From NCBI GenBank assembly GCA_965655095.1, contig OZ296651.1, positions 53,754,001 through 53,818,000 on the forward strand: a DNA stretch of 64,000 nt. The letters are read 5' to 3'. The notes under the pieces are model-generated. The model worked only from the letters and a program-made list of their open reading frames with translations, was not told where the DNA came from and made no database searches. Origin of the DNA: Haplodiscus bocki (Eukaryota). Within the stretch, counting starts at the first letter, position 1. Each line of letters starts with the position of its first letter. Shown piece after piece: positions 20,662 to 32,200 of this stretch. The position numbers and the translations under genes were made by a program.

Positions 20662-23600
20662 TTATCGGGGACTAGACTGGAAGACTGGTGCAGCACGACG
20701 ACTACGACCACTCCGGCGAGATGCAGCAGTTTTTTCTTGACTCTGGAACGCGCATTCAAAATTAGGGTCTTCGAAATATACCCCCCTCCCCTTTGGCAGA
20801 ACAACCGACTCGTCATCAAACTCAAACAGTCGCTTGGGCCCAACAGCGGGAGCAGGTGTCACACTTCTCTTCCGCTTTCCTTTCCCGGGGCCTCGAGGAG
20901 ACACTGTAGTGCTGCTATAAGGCTGATCCCGAGCAAGTACCGACCCAGACAAGTATTCAACCTGTCCAACTTCAACAACATTGGAGATTCTCACTCCAGC
21001 CCGACCAGATGACTCCCCAACTTCAGAAGACTCGACACTGCGCACTCCGAACCATCTCTCTGATGTATCGCGTGCCTCCTTCCGCCTAACCACCACAACA
21101 TCATATGCCTTCCTGAGATCAACCAAAGTAGCCTCATACCCACCAGGAAGAACATTCGCCCAAGGCTCGCAAGTGGATTGGTCACGCATCGAACCAGCAG
21201 CATTGACGGCAGAAACGAGCAAATTCACCCCATTGTCGCTGAAGAAATCGCGCTGGGTAAACCTAGGCGACCGCACAAAATCCTGAATGCACGCAATTGA
21301 CTTCTCCACAAGCCGGCGACTCAAACCAATTCCAGTCAACTTGACAGTGAATGCGGGAAAGTCCTCAACAGAGTCCCGAAGAAACAAGGTCGTCAATTGG
21401 TACACCTGCAATAAATACTGACAATTAGTGCTTACAATGAAGGCTACCTTGGAGCTGGTGCAACTACTTACTCTGAACAGATGTCTGCGACTCTGGAATC
21501 CAGTCTGTTGAGAGAAGTAGGCCAGGATGTTCCTTACATCAGGATGCTTCCTCGTGGAATGACGTTCCAACTGGCGCTGCTCCCGGACAAACGACTGAAA
21601 CTCAGCTTTGCAAGCCTCAATGTGGGAACCCTTCTCCCAACCACACTCCACAAGCCCATCCAGCAGCTGTCCGAACAAGAAAAAGGCGGAATGGTCATCG
21701 CCTCCAAGAATGATTTCAGGGCAGAAACAGCTGACTCCCTGTCCCAGTTTTGATCTGGCAGCCACGGTTGACAAAATGGTGCTGCAAAATTCGTCCAGGA
21801 AACGACGGGCACTGGTCCGGAACTCCTTCCGCAAGTAGGAGCTCGACATCTTCTCTAAAGCTGCATGGATGCGGGTCCCCACGAGAAAATGCTCATCAGC
21901 AATGGCAGCGAATGAAGAGTGGTTCGGCAGCATGTAATCTTCCCATTTCTCCACCAAGGGAAGCGACTCGCTCGTCTTGATCTTCTGTAGGATGCAATAC
22001 ACAAAGTGGGACAGTTCGCCATACGCCCGATACCCGTACCCACTGCCAGGAGTCTGTTCTGCGCTGAAGTTGTTGTTGTCTGAAACAGAAGAATGCCACT
22101 GAGTACCAGCCTGAAATGAGGAGGCTACTAGGAGCACTCCAAGTTGGATCCTAGAATTCTCTCACCAGCCTGAAATGAGGAGGCCACTAAAAGCACTCCA
22201 AGTTGAGTCCTAGAAATCCCGGACGGACCCAAAACGAGAATCCCGCTGGGAGTCCTACAGATGGACTCCTAGAAAGCCCTACCTCTGCAAAAAGAATATG
22301 AGGATCCCACTGGGAGTCCTACAGGTGGACTCCCAGAAATCCCGAAATATATGAAAATGAGGAGGCCACTAGGAGCACTCCAAGTTGACTCCTAGAATTC
22401 CAACAGTCCAAAATCGCGTGGGAATGGCAGTTACTACACCATGGTGACATGTTGGTGGAAATACTAACACATTTCGAGGATAAGATGGAACAGACGAAAC
22501 TTCATTCTGCCCAATTGGTCGACATAAAAGTATCCATCTATCCCTTTTTTCTAAACAAGGAAATAGAAATGACTATGGGCGCTAGATGGCAAAGAAACGC
22601 AAAAGGAAGAACCATACCAGAAGGCTATCTCCGCTGTCTTTCTTTCCAGTCTCTTTGAGATACGAGACGATCAGCGGCCACACACCAATGATGTTGCTCA
22701 CAACGTCAAGAAGACCGGGAAGAGAAAGATCGCCCGTCTCAATGGCCTGACGAAGGGACTGCCTTGACTGCATCCAGTCTCGATGCTCCGCCCCCTTCAG
22801 CCTCACCACAATGAACTCTGTCATTGAAAAGGGGTCCAATGTCCCGAACACAACTGATGCCGTCTTTTGCAGGCGTCGCTTCAGCAACCTTGCATCGAAA
22901 ACCGGGTAATCTATAAGGGTCTTCGTGTACCCACTGCCGAGGTACTCCTTGTAGCACTCTACTAATGTGTGGGAGCGGCCCGAAAGAGAAACAAGTGATG
23001 CCCCGCTGCCCACAGCGCTCAGGATCTTGCCCAGAATCGCCAACTCACTGCTCGAATCGCCATAATAGCGGTCAATTATGGCTACCGCTACCCGCACAAA
23101 CTCCCCAGCCTTCCACGTCCTAATGAAAACCCAAGTTGCAGAGCCGTGAGTCGCAAACTCCGCACCAAACTGCCGAGATGCCCTGACCCAGTCAACAACA
23201 CGTGTCAAAATCCTCGGCAACATTCCGTTCAGTAAAATTGACTAAAACAGAAACCGAGAAACCCTGAATTAAATGCAATTAGTCCATATGCAATCCGGAG
23301 GCACTACGGAACTAACCAAAACCTCATCGCGGGACCAGGCAACAGTCACATTGATCTGGCTGGCCGTCAACACAAAGCGCTCCCACAGTTTTTCTACTAG
23401 CTCGTAGCTCCCACCCAACTGCAGAGCACCGATCAGGCACGAGACTTTGGCCAACAATGGCAGCTGCGCATCCAAGTTTCCGGAGGCATCCGGAATCAAA
23501 TCCTCTCGAAAAGGATATTCACGATCCCGGACTACTAGTGGCGCAAGCATAATTCTTTCCCGCTGTCTTTCAAGCTCGTCTTCAGGGAGCGGGTTCCCGT

Positions 23601-25161
23601 CAAAATCCAACACCCGCCAACCGGGTGTCTCGAGGCGAAGTCGCTGATCGCGAGAAAAATGGCGGTGTCCCTGAAAATGTCGGATGATTTCGTACTCCCC
23701 GTGAGTACGAACAGAAACATCCTTCCTGCACACCCTGCAATAAAACTCGCTCAGCTTATTTGCAGCATCAGTGGGCCCGGTGACGAAAAACTGAGCCAAC
23801 TCCCCAACAGCGTATCCCTTCTTCATTTTGAAGGTGCGTCTGGAGCGCACCCGCCGACGAGGTTGTTCCATATCAGTGTCCTCTCCACTGGTATCTGTCG
23901 TTTCACTCACACGATGTTGTTGCTGCTGCGGCATGGACGGCCCCTGACTGAGTTTGCCCAACACCTCATCGAGCTCTGCAAACAAAAACCAATCATGAAA
24001 CCACAGAATTACGGAGTCATACGGAACAGTTCCGGAGCACTAACTGGTCATCAACGGACCCAGGAGCTGATTCTTCTCCTCCTCAACTACTGAACGGCAG
24101 AGAGACACCAGCTGATGCCCTGTCGCTCGAATCACTGATGATGAAGGATCTCCAGAGTACTGATCTAAAACAGGAAAATATGAACTGCAAACATGGAGCC
24201 AACGAGGAGTCATACGAGAAGGCTACTTATTTGAAACAAAGGTATACCCTCATCAAACGCCTTCTCCAACAGTTGACGACTCCGATTCTGGCTTGAGTCG
24301 GCCACAGGAAGACAATGCTGGGGCCCCCCAGCGAGCGGTACTAGCTGCCTAGTAACAACTGCCCGTCTCCTGCGCACCACACTCTCGCTCTCCACGCCAG
24401 TGGACACCTCTCCGGCTCCATCTCCTCCTGTCTCTTCTTCAGTGCCTATAATGCAAAAGGCAATCATAAATATACGCTGGCTACACTACCATGATAATTA
24501 AGCGAGAGCAATACTAACTCTCAGCAACAGCCGCCAACGGAGCTCTCCGGGAAGCTCTCCGGGGAAAGTCCTCTCCAGAAGTTGCTCCTCCAACTTCAAA
24601 TTCGCTGCCCGAAGCAGAACACTCTCCACTGCCACGAACGGAATGCTTGGCAGGCTCTCCCGCAGAATCATACACTAAAACACAGCCCGATGGTGAAGTC
24701 AACTTCTCCTGATTCAATGCGCGCATGACAACTAACTTAACGGATCGAACAACTGGCCAGTGTGATATCCCAATAAAAAGTTAATGGATTTCCGAGAAGC
24801 TTGAAAACTAACAAATCGGTAGCCCAGCAGTATCAAGAGCATTGTCCGTCTCTGAAATCAGGCCAGCCCTCCCGACTGCTTCCTCAAACGTGACTCCCTC
24901 CGACTCACAGACAATCGACAGAGGTCCGCCCACAGAGATGATCTCCGACTCATCATCAGCCTCCGTGCCCTCGTCATCCACTCCTCTCCTCGCCTCTTCA
25001 CTCACAACAGCCTCATGCACAATGGGGAGATCAGGGGGGAACTGACCAAAAAGGGACACACTGACATCCGGAGTTGCTCCGGAACTCTCCAACTGACGAC
25101 AACTTTCGTCCCTCACAACCACTCGACTCTTCTTCTTCTTTTGTTGTCTCTCATCAGGCAT
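20662..25161 (-). CDS. Predicted 9-exon antisense gene, 1205 aa, BED-like C2H2 zinc finger, possibly hAT-transposase-derived
   Basis: Exons 25161-24813, 24752-24519, 24445-24248, 24164-24045, 23975-23317, 23241-22618, 22550-22469, 22079-21472, 21405-20662 sum to 3618 nt in one open frame. All introns GT-AG (60, 73, 83, 69, 75, 67, 389, 66 bp), five with GTTAGT donors. Finger FYCRVCRKDVSVRTHGEYEIIRHFQGHRH. Confidence 0.8.
22108..22400. repeat. Five related ~50-60-bp hairpin repeats inside the 389-bp intron
   Basis: gaaatgaggaggccactaggagcactccaagttg..tcctagaa-type x3; ctgggagtcctacaggtggactcccag-type x2 (10-bp perfect stem at 22310-22336). Confidence 0.75.
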
Positions 25162-25538
25162 GATGAACGACGTGGCTTGCTTTCAACTATTACATGGTGG
25201 ATTTATAATTTTATTCATTAATTATCATGATTATTTAATTTGACCGATTTGTCTGCCAGCAATGACGTCAGCAAATATTTCAAGGAGACATTGAGGAGTG
25301 AAACTCAAAATTTTCTCATTGCTAAACCTCATCTTCATTTTGTTTACCAATCATCAACTTCAGTTACACCGCCAATTCAGTGACTCTAACACTTCTACTG
25401 AAACCGCGGGAACTTCAAAGTACTTCCCGCTTAACGGCGCGTGCCGCCTCACGTTTCAGTAAGATCATCACTTTTCAAGTCACTTTGTCAATAAGCAGCA
25501 GCTCTAAAATAATTTAAACTTCATTAAATTTCATTACA

Positions 25539-26215
25539 ATGTATCGCAATCTTTCTTCCAACTCGTCAACAGACTCCGACGTTTTCTACGTAGAGCAATC
25601 TTCGCCAGAAAGGAGCCCCATCAGACACAATACTCCGGCTATCTTGAACTCGACGCAGCTATCGGGAGCAATCGACCCGGAGATGATCACGATTTCCTCC
25701 GTCGCCTCTCCGGAGCCACAAATAGTCACCATTGACTCTGACTCGAATGAGCCGACTCTCCCATATGCCTTCGGAGCCCAATACCCGATAGTGCCGCCAA
25801 GTTTAAACGATCTTAATTTGCCGGCCAATCCCTTTAACATGCTGACATCTATGGCCGTTGTACAGCAGGATCAACAAGACAGCCCCTATCGCCCGAGCCG
25901 TCTGATCCGTCACCAATTTCAACTCCGCCGATGAACATTAGCACAATAAGTGGATTGGAGACGCCGCACACTACAACGGACGAAAATACCTTTCATTCGT
26001 CTGATAACGATCCAAGACGGGTATACTGGGATGCTTCTCTTAATGAAACTTTCGAGTAAGGTGAACCCCGAAGAGTCTACCCCATTCCAAGCCCTCAATC
26101 CACACCGCCGCCTCCTCCGCGAAGAAAGAGAAGACTGAGTATGGGGATGTCTTTTCCCAAAGAGGGGGGAGTGTCGCAGCACACCTGCGAGGCATGCGGC
26201 CAACCTCTTCCTTAG
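25539..26215 (+). pseudogene. Disrupted Ser/Pro/acidic accessory ORF with SIM-like motifs, running across the PPT into the 3' LTR
   Basis: MYRNLSS...VFYVE...MITISS...IVTIDSDS. After a 1-nt frameshift near 25886 it continues SPEPSDPSPISTPP..., has TAA at 26057-26059, then PPPRRKRR...SQHTCEACGQPLP-stop at 26215. Confidence 0.6.
26159..26171 (+). other. Polypurine tract of element B
   Basis: AAAGAGGGGGGAG directly before the 3' LTR TG. Confidence 0.9.
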
Positions 26216-27860
26216 AACAAAGACATCCCAACGGTTCAATGAAGAACTTAAAACTATAAACAATACTAATTAGACTCTTAATTAATCAATTGTTAGACCA
26301 TTTCTTAATCATTGTGCATATATACGGACACGTATGAAATACGTATCCATAACAAATGCACAGAAAATATCAACTGATCCAAACTAGGACGGAACCGTTA
26401 CGGAGCAAAATAAGTATTCACAGAGCAATTGTTTCCTTAAAGGTGCTATTTTTATATTAATTTACTTAATTATCTATTTATTTAGATATCAATATAGATC
26501 CACCTTTCTGGTACAATTGCAGTAATTAGTAGTAATAAATGCAGTGATTGACTTTTAGAAGTGCTTGTAACAAAGCGGCTTACTCGTAACAAATTGACTC
26601 TCGGAGTGAATATTTGTTCCGTACGTGTTCCGTCGTCACTAGTTTGGTGACGTCATCAATATTATTTCAACTATGCCGTGCTGCAGTGCTATGGTGAATA
26701 CGGAGTGACTCCGTATTCACTCCTAATTCGATCACGGCCGACTAAATTAACTCGTACTACTAGTGGCTACGGAGCTGCTCCGGAGACCACTAGTAGCTAC
26801 TAGGCGGAACGAGGAGTAAATTGGTAATTATACTAGTTTCTCCTCATCTCCAAAATACTGAAAGCTTAATTAGATGATGGTAATATGAACATGAAGGTGA
26901 TGATTAAATGTATTTTTATGATGAAATCATGCATTTTGTATTTTATTTTATTTTCTTCATTTTTAGTTTTGTAATTTTATTTTACTCTCCTAAGCAAGGA
27001 AATTCTTTGAACTTTCCATCTATGGAGTATACAATAAACAACTTGTCGGCGCGGGAATAAACACTTTGATGGCCATCTCTGACGGATTAGGACCGTCAAT
27101 TTTCTGTCGAAAGATGGAAAAGGCGCGTCCTATGATGAAAGAGATGGATGGAAAAGTTGTTTATTTCCCGCCTGGGTCGGCATTTTTAACTTTGATGTGC
27201 TGTAGTTGAAAGTATTTTTCCCTATTTGTACTTTGACTTGGCGGGTAAACAATTATGTTTCCCGCCAGGAAAAAGTATAAATAGGAGAAATGAAAATACA
27301 AGAGACAATTTCTTATTTTTATGATACTGATGATAATAACCCAGTACTCTTAAATTTCCTTCATAACTTTGCCTGTTACTGTTAGAACCAAGTTGATTTT
27401 CTCAATCCTCAACACAAATAATAAAGTATTACTGACTGATAAAAAAACTTCTCCTTTAAAATGACAACTCGAAATAAGAGAAAGTTAGCAGCGTTGAACA
27501 AAGAAAAGTGTGAAGAGCACCCTAGGAGCAACTTGGCACAAAACTCAAGCGCTCCTAGATCGCAAGAAGAATACATTACTCAAGTTTCTGAGGAAATTGA
27601 GGGAAGGGTTACAAAAAGACTGTCAAAGGAGTTTAGCAGAACGGAAAACCGCATTCTAGGTGCACTGGCGCGACTTGATGACTTTCTGATGAACCCATTG
27701 CTACCGGGGTACTCCGGAGCCACTCCGGAGCCCACCCGCAGCGTACTGAGAAATAACCAGGGAACGAATGAGGACGACTCCCAGAATGATCCTCATCCTG
27801 AAGCGGGTCTCTTCCACAGCCAGTCGGCACGAAACGCTGGCCCAGAAGACGACCGCGACA
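26172..27860 (+). repeat. 3' LTR of element B (1689 bp)
   Basis: Direct repeat of 14733-16480; length difference explained by a 61-bp unit loss and +2 A. Confidence 0.97.
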
Positions 27861-29245
27861 CTAGTCTTCTTGTGATCTGGGAACATTCGACTTTTGTTCC
27901 AAATTGCTCCTAGGGTGTTCCTCGCAATTTTCCTCGTTTAACGCTGCCAAATTCTTCTTGTTTCTTGGAATTGCCATTTTCTACGGAAAAGTGACCGTCG
28001 GTGATTTTTAATTGATTGTCTTTTACTGAAGAGAAATCAAATTGTTTTTTTACAGTTTTTAATAATGGAATTAACAAAACCGGTTAATATCGTCAATACT
28101 ACCGAAAGATAACACAATTCTAATAAGCTGTACTTTCCTTTCTCCTAATAATACCTTTTCCTTGGCGGGAAACAACTGTTTACACGCCAAGTTAAGGTAC
28201 AAATAGCGAGAATATACTTTACAAATTACTACATCAGAGTCAAAATGCCGACTCTGGCGGGAAACATACAACCTTTCCATCCATCTCTTCCGTCATAAGA
28301 CGCGCCTTTTCTCTTTTCTATCTTTCGACAGAAAATAGACGGACCTAATCCGTCACAGATGGACATCAAAGCGCTCTTTCTCGCGCCGACATATTGTTTA
28401 CAGTGTTGAAACATTGTATAATCCATACATGGAAAATACTAAAATTTCCCTAATTAGGAATATAAAATAAAATAACCAAAATGGAAAAATGCAATTAAAA
28501 AAATACAGAATGCATGACTTTAGTACAAAAATACAATTAATCATCGTCTTTATGCTCATTTCATCATCACTTAATCTTTGCGTCTTCTACTCTTTTAGAA
28601 ATGAGGAGAAATTAGTAGCACTACTAGCTTACTCCTCATTCGTACGAGTAGCGACTGGTGGTTTCCGAATAGTTCTGTATTCACTAGTAGCGGTAGTAGT
28701 CTGTGCTCAAGTGAGGATTGAATCCGGAATCACTTCGTATTCACCAGAACACTGCAGCACGTTATAGTAAGGGTAGTAATGGTGACTTCACCAGACTAGT
28801 AGCCACGGAACACGTACGAACAAATATTCACTCCGAGAGTCAATTCACTTAAAATCAGTTACTGTGCTTATAGCATCAATTTAACCACAAGTTTTAATTA
28901 AACTGCACTTTTTGCAATCATTCAAAGTGTCAGATTTTATTGAAAAAGGTGGATTTATATTTAATAATAAAATATTTATCTTAGGATAAAATTTGCACCT
29001 TTTCGGTTAATAGTGCTCTTTGAATACTTATTTGTTCCGTAACGGTTCCATGCTAGTCCGGATAAGTTTGGTTCCGTATAAAGACGTACCAATATGTAGG
29101 TACATTGTTATGGGGACGTATTAGTTACGTATCCGTATAAATGCACAATAACTAAAAATAGTCTAAGAGTACACAGTTAAGAGTTTGATTAGTAGTGTTA
29201 GTGTTTGCGCTTTTCCTGAGCTCCTGAGCATTACGGTGTCTTTCT
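27861..29245 (-). mobile_element. Older inverted LTR related to element B, 5' part
   Basis: Reverse complement is collinear with the element B LTR (e.g. TCTGTGACGGATTAGGTCCGTC, ACTCTCGGAGTGAATATTTGTTC); continues 14442-14732 across the TSD; outer end eroded. Confidence 0.9.
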
Positions 29246-32200
29246 TGCTGGTAGCATTTGGTAAAAACAGAAAGGCAAATCGAACAAAGCAGTCAAAATC
29301 GTGCTACAGCTACGGTGCTTATCGGGCTAAATCAGTGAAAGACAATGAATTCCTCTTTTCTTTGTGACGTCGAAATAGAAGGGTGCAAGCAAGCAAACTT
29401 TTTTAGAGGACCATACGCGAAATTTGAGATAATCATTAGTAACGTTTTCAGCACGAGATGCTGATCAAAGTTTTTGAAGTAATCTTTGATGAGACAAAAA
29501 ATGGGAACAATGGACCATATGGTGGTGCGAGTCAACAACAATGCAAGAGCAAGACAGATGCACCTATGCAACTCAGTTGCAAAAGGATAAAACATTGCAG
29601 TATTATTTGAAGGGAACACGAAATTCAACCGCTGGCCGCCAAATCAAACGAGGTTCTGATGGGGAGTCAAACTGAGTAATCAGCTGGGATCAACTTTCAA
29701 ATTGAACATCCAAACACAGGAGCATGTGAAAAATTAGAACTGATGAAAGAACCGTGCGTTATCAGAGAAAGCCAGGAACTTTCTGCGAACCATCGTACCG
29801 CAGAAAAATGATAAGATAACGAGAAATTTGGGCAGAATCGAGTTCTACCACTCAAACTGAAAAAACTAGTACCTGCCAAGAACCCAAATGATTCTTTGAC
29901 TAATAAATCGCTTATGCTGCTGATGATGATCAGTTCGATAAAGATGATACTTTTCCTCAAAGAAGCAACTGAGAAGTTGAAAATGAAAAAGAATGAGACC
30001 TGAACAGCCAAGATATTCAATTATACGCATGGGTTTCAATTTTGTCTTGCTCTGGCCCGCAGCGAAGAAAAACAACTGTGTGTTAGAATTCCGGGCCAAA
30101 ACTACCCACTTCAGCGTTTTCTTTAAATGATTGGCACCTCTGATCTGTAGACTTGAGAGTCAATAGAATTGTGAAAGAGGCTGTAATTTTATTGCGCGTG
30201 GTCAAATTAGATATAGATTTGCAGGTTTACATTTACCAGGCCTCACAAGCCGTGGCCATCGACTGGAAAACCAACCTGTAAAAAATGGACGTCACTTACA
30301 CCGGGCACCGGGAACCTAGACTACCTCCAAAGTTTTTTCTTGATACCAAACGGAATCTGTGAATCAAAAAAGCGGGAGAAGGTTCACAATTAATAGGTTT
30401 CGGCAAAGAAGAGTTTTATTCGGGTGTGGCGGGCAAAAACAAAATGTAATAGTCCAAAACGGTAATGTTTGAGAATCGCGGTTACTCAACAACATTCATG
30501 GAAGGATAAAGGCTTGGAGTTGGCTTTGCAGACAGTTTGGAGTAGATGACAGCCTTAGGATGTACTTTCGATGGTTTTGTTTGAAAGAACTGATTGCTGA
30601 TAATAAGTAAAACAATCACAAGAAACAAAACGCTAACGTATGACTTTTCGTTAAGTTGGTTTGACCCATCGGAAAATAAACATTCACGAAGTGATCCATG
30701 GAATGACTTCGTACATGACTTTGTTGTTCAATTGACTCAAACAACAACAATTTGCGTATTGTCGAAACTCAACGCCATCATTCATAAAAACGACGAAATA
30801 GAATTTCAAGGTTTCAGAAAAACCTCACTAGCGGATTTTGTTAGCTCAGGGCACACTAAAGATTTTGCTGTATAGGTCGACAACAAAGTTATCAGGACTT
30901 GCAACGAAAACCCCTTTCCAACAATCGATGGGATGTGATTGTTAGTTTTCTGTAATGGGATGCACCATTGGTATAAGTGAACGCAAATAAACCGGTGTTG
31001 TTCACCGTAAGTGAGTGGGAACTATCTCATGCGTGCGGGGTACAAGATTTGGAAGTATTTCTCCTTTCAGAGATGTTTTTCGGGAAGTTCCAAACGGACC
31101 ATTTGCTTGCACAATTAAAACTCTCACTTTACTCCAACTGAAACAACGCGTGGTGGGATATGCGGTAAATAGCACCGAATCAAAGGAAGCAAGCAGAGTA
31201 ATTGAATTTCCTACACGTGCGAAAGTGGCAGGTACAACAGGTGAAAACTTTATTTGCACTTAAAAGTACACGTTCGCTTGTGAGTTGACACGAAAGCAGT
31301 AATGAAGTTCATGAACTTCTTCACCAAAGCGTTTCACTCAAATTAAACGATTAGTGAATGCACCCCACTTTAACCAAACCTAACCAGTTTTCCGAATGGC
31401 AGACAATCACATTATGAAAGACTTCAGGCAGCTCTAGTTGAATCAGCGTCCCTTTTCAACGGAGCAAAACGACAAAGGTGGCCAAAAGAATTTATTGGTT
31501 TCCAAGGAAATTGAATATCCACAGAAGAAAATATCTGGAGTAGTAGTCAAACTAGAGCCATAAAACAAAGTGGAACTTCCATCACGTCAGAGATGAACAC
31601 TTTTATTCACCATGAATTAACCCTAACGAGCTGTATTTCCACATACAATTTCCATATCAACAGCTGGGTTCCAGCTGGGCCATGTATAGGTGATTAGAGA
31701 CGGTGAAATACTTGCTTTGTTACCCTGATATACTGCCAGATGAACTGTAATAAACATAGTACAGTTAATGTTAAAAGGTATTCATTCATACACGCCAATA
31801 AAGTTGAATCTTGGTTGTCATCAAACACAAGAAACCTGGAACAAAAACGCGTTCTTCGCAATAACATTTGAATCAGTTCTGTGAGTACTCTGAATATGTT
31901 GCGGTTTTCAGATATTTGAAGCAAGGTAAAAATCCTCAGCAAAAAAATCTCTTTTGGAATCCGGAAACCAATAGATTGAATGCATTAACGGACAAAACAA
32001 ACTGATGTACAGGGCCAACAGGAAGATTTTTTGAGATACCAATAAAAAGTCCCCGTTTTTTTGTTCGGAAAAGGAAGATGGACACGTTAATCACCTGGTT
32101 TACTGTTTACTTGATCTCCATCAGGTAAAATCAGAGTGTGCAACAGGACCATACAGAGTAAATATTTGTTTTTTTCAGGCATCAGACGGTGGCTCCAGAT

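Larger units (their letters stand above)
14733..27860 (+). mobile_element. Element B: young Ty3/Gypsy LTR retrotransposon, gag/protease-deleted, with large antisense cargo gene
   Basis: Two near-identical LTRs with TGTCGC...GCGACA termini; 5-bp TSD CTAGT (14728-14732 and 27861-27865); PBS-like TGG at 16481; PPT 26159-26171. Confidence 0.97.

Noticed and set aside
20737-24093. Plus-strand ORFs overlapping the antisense gene
   Set aside because: Shadow frames of a GC-richer coding region; no motifs
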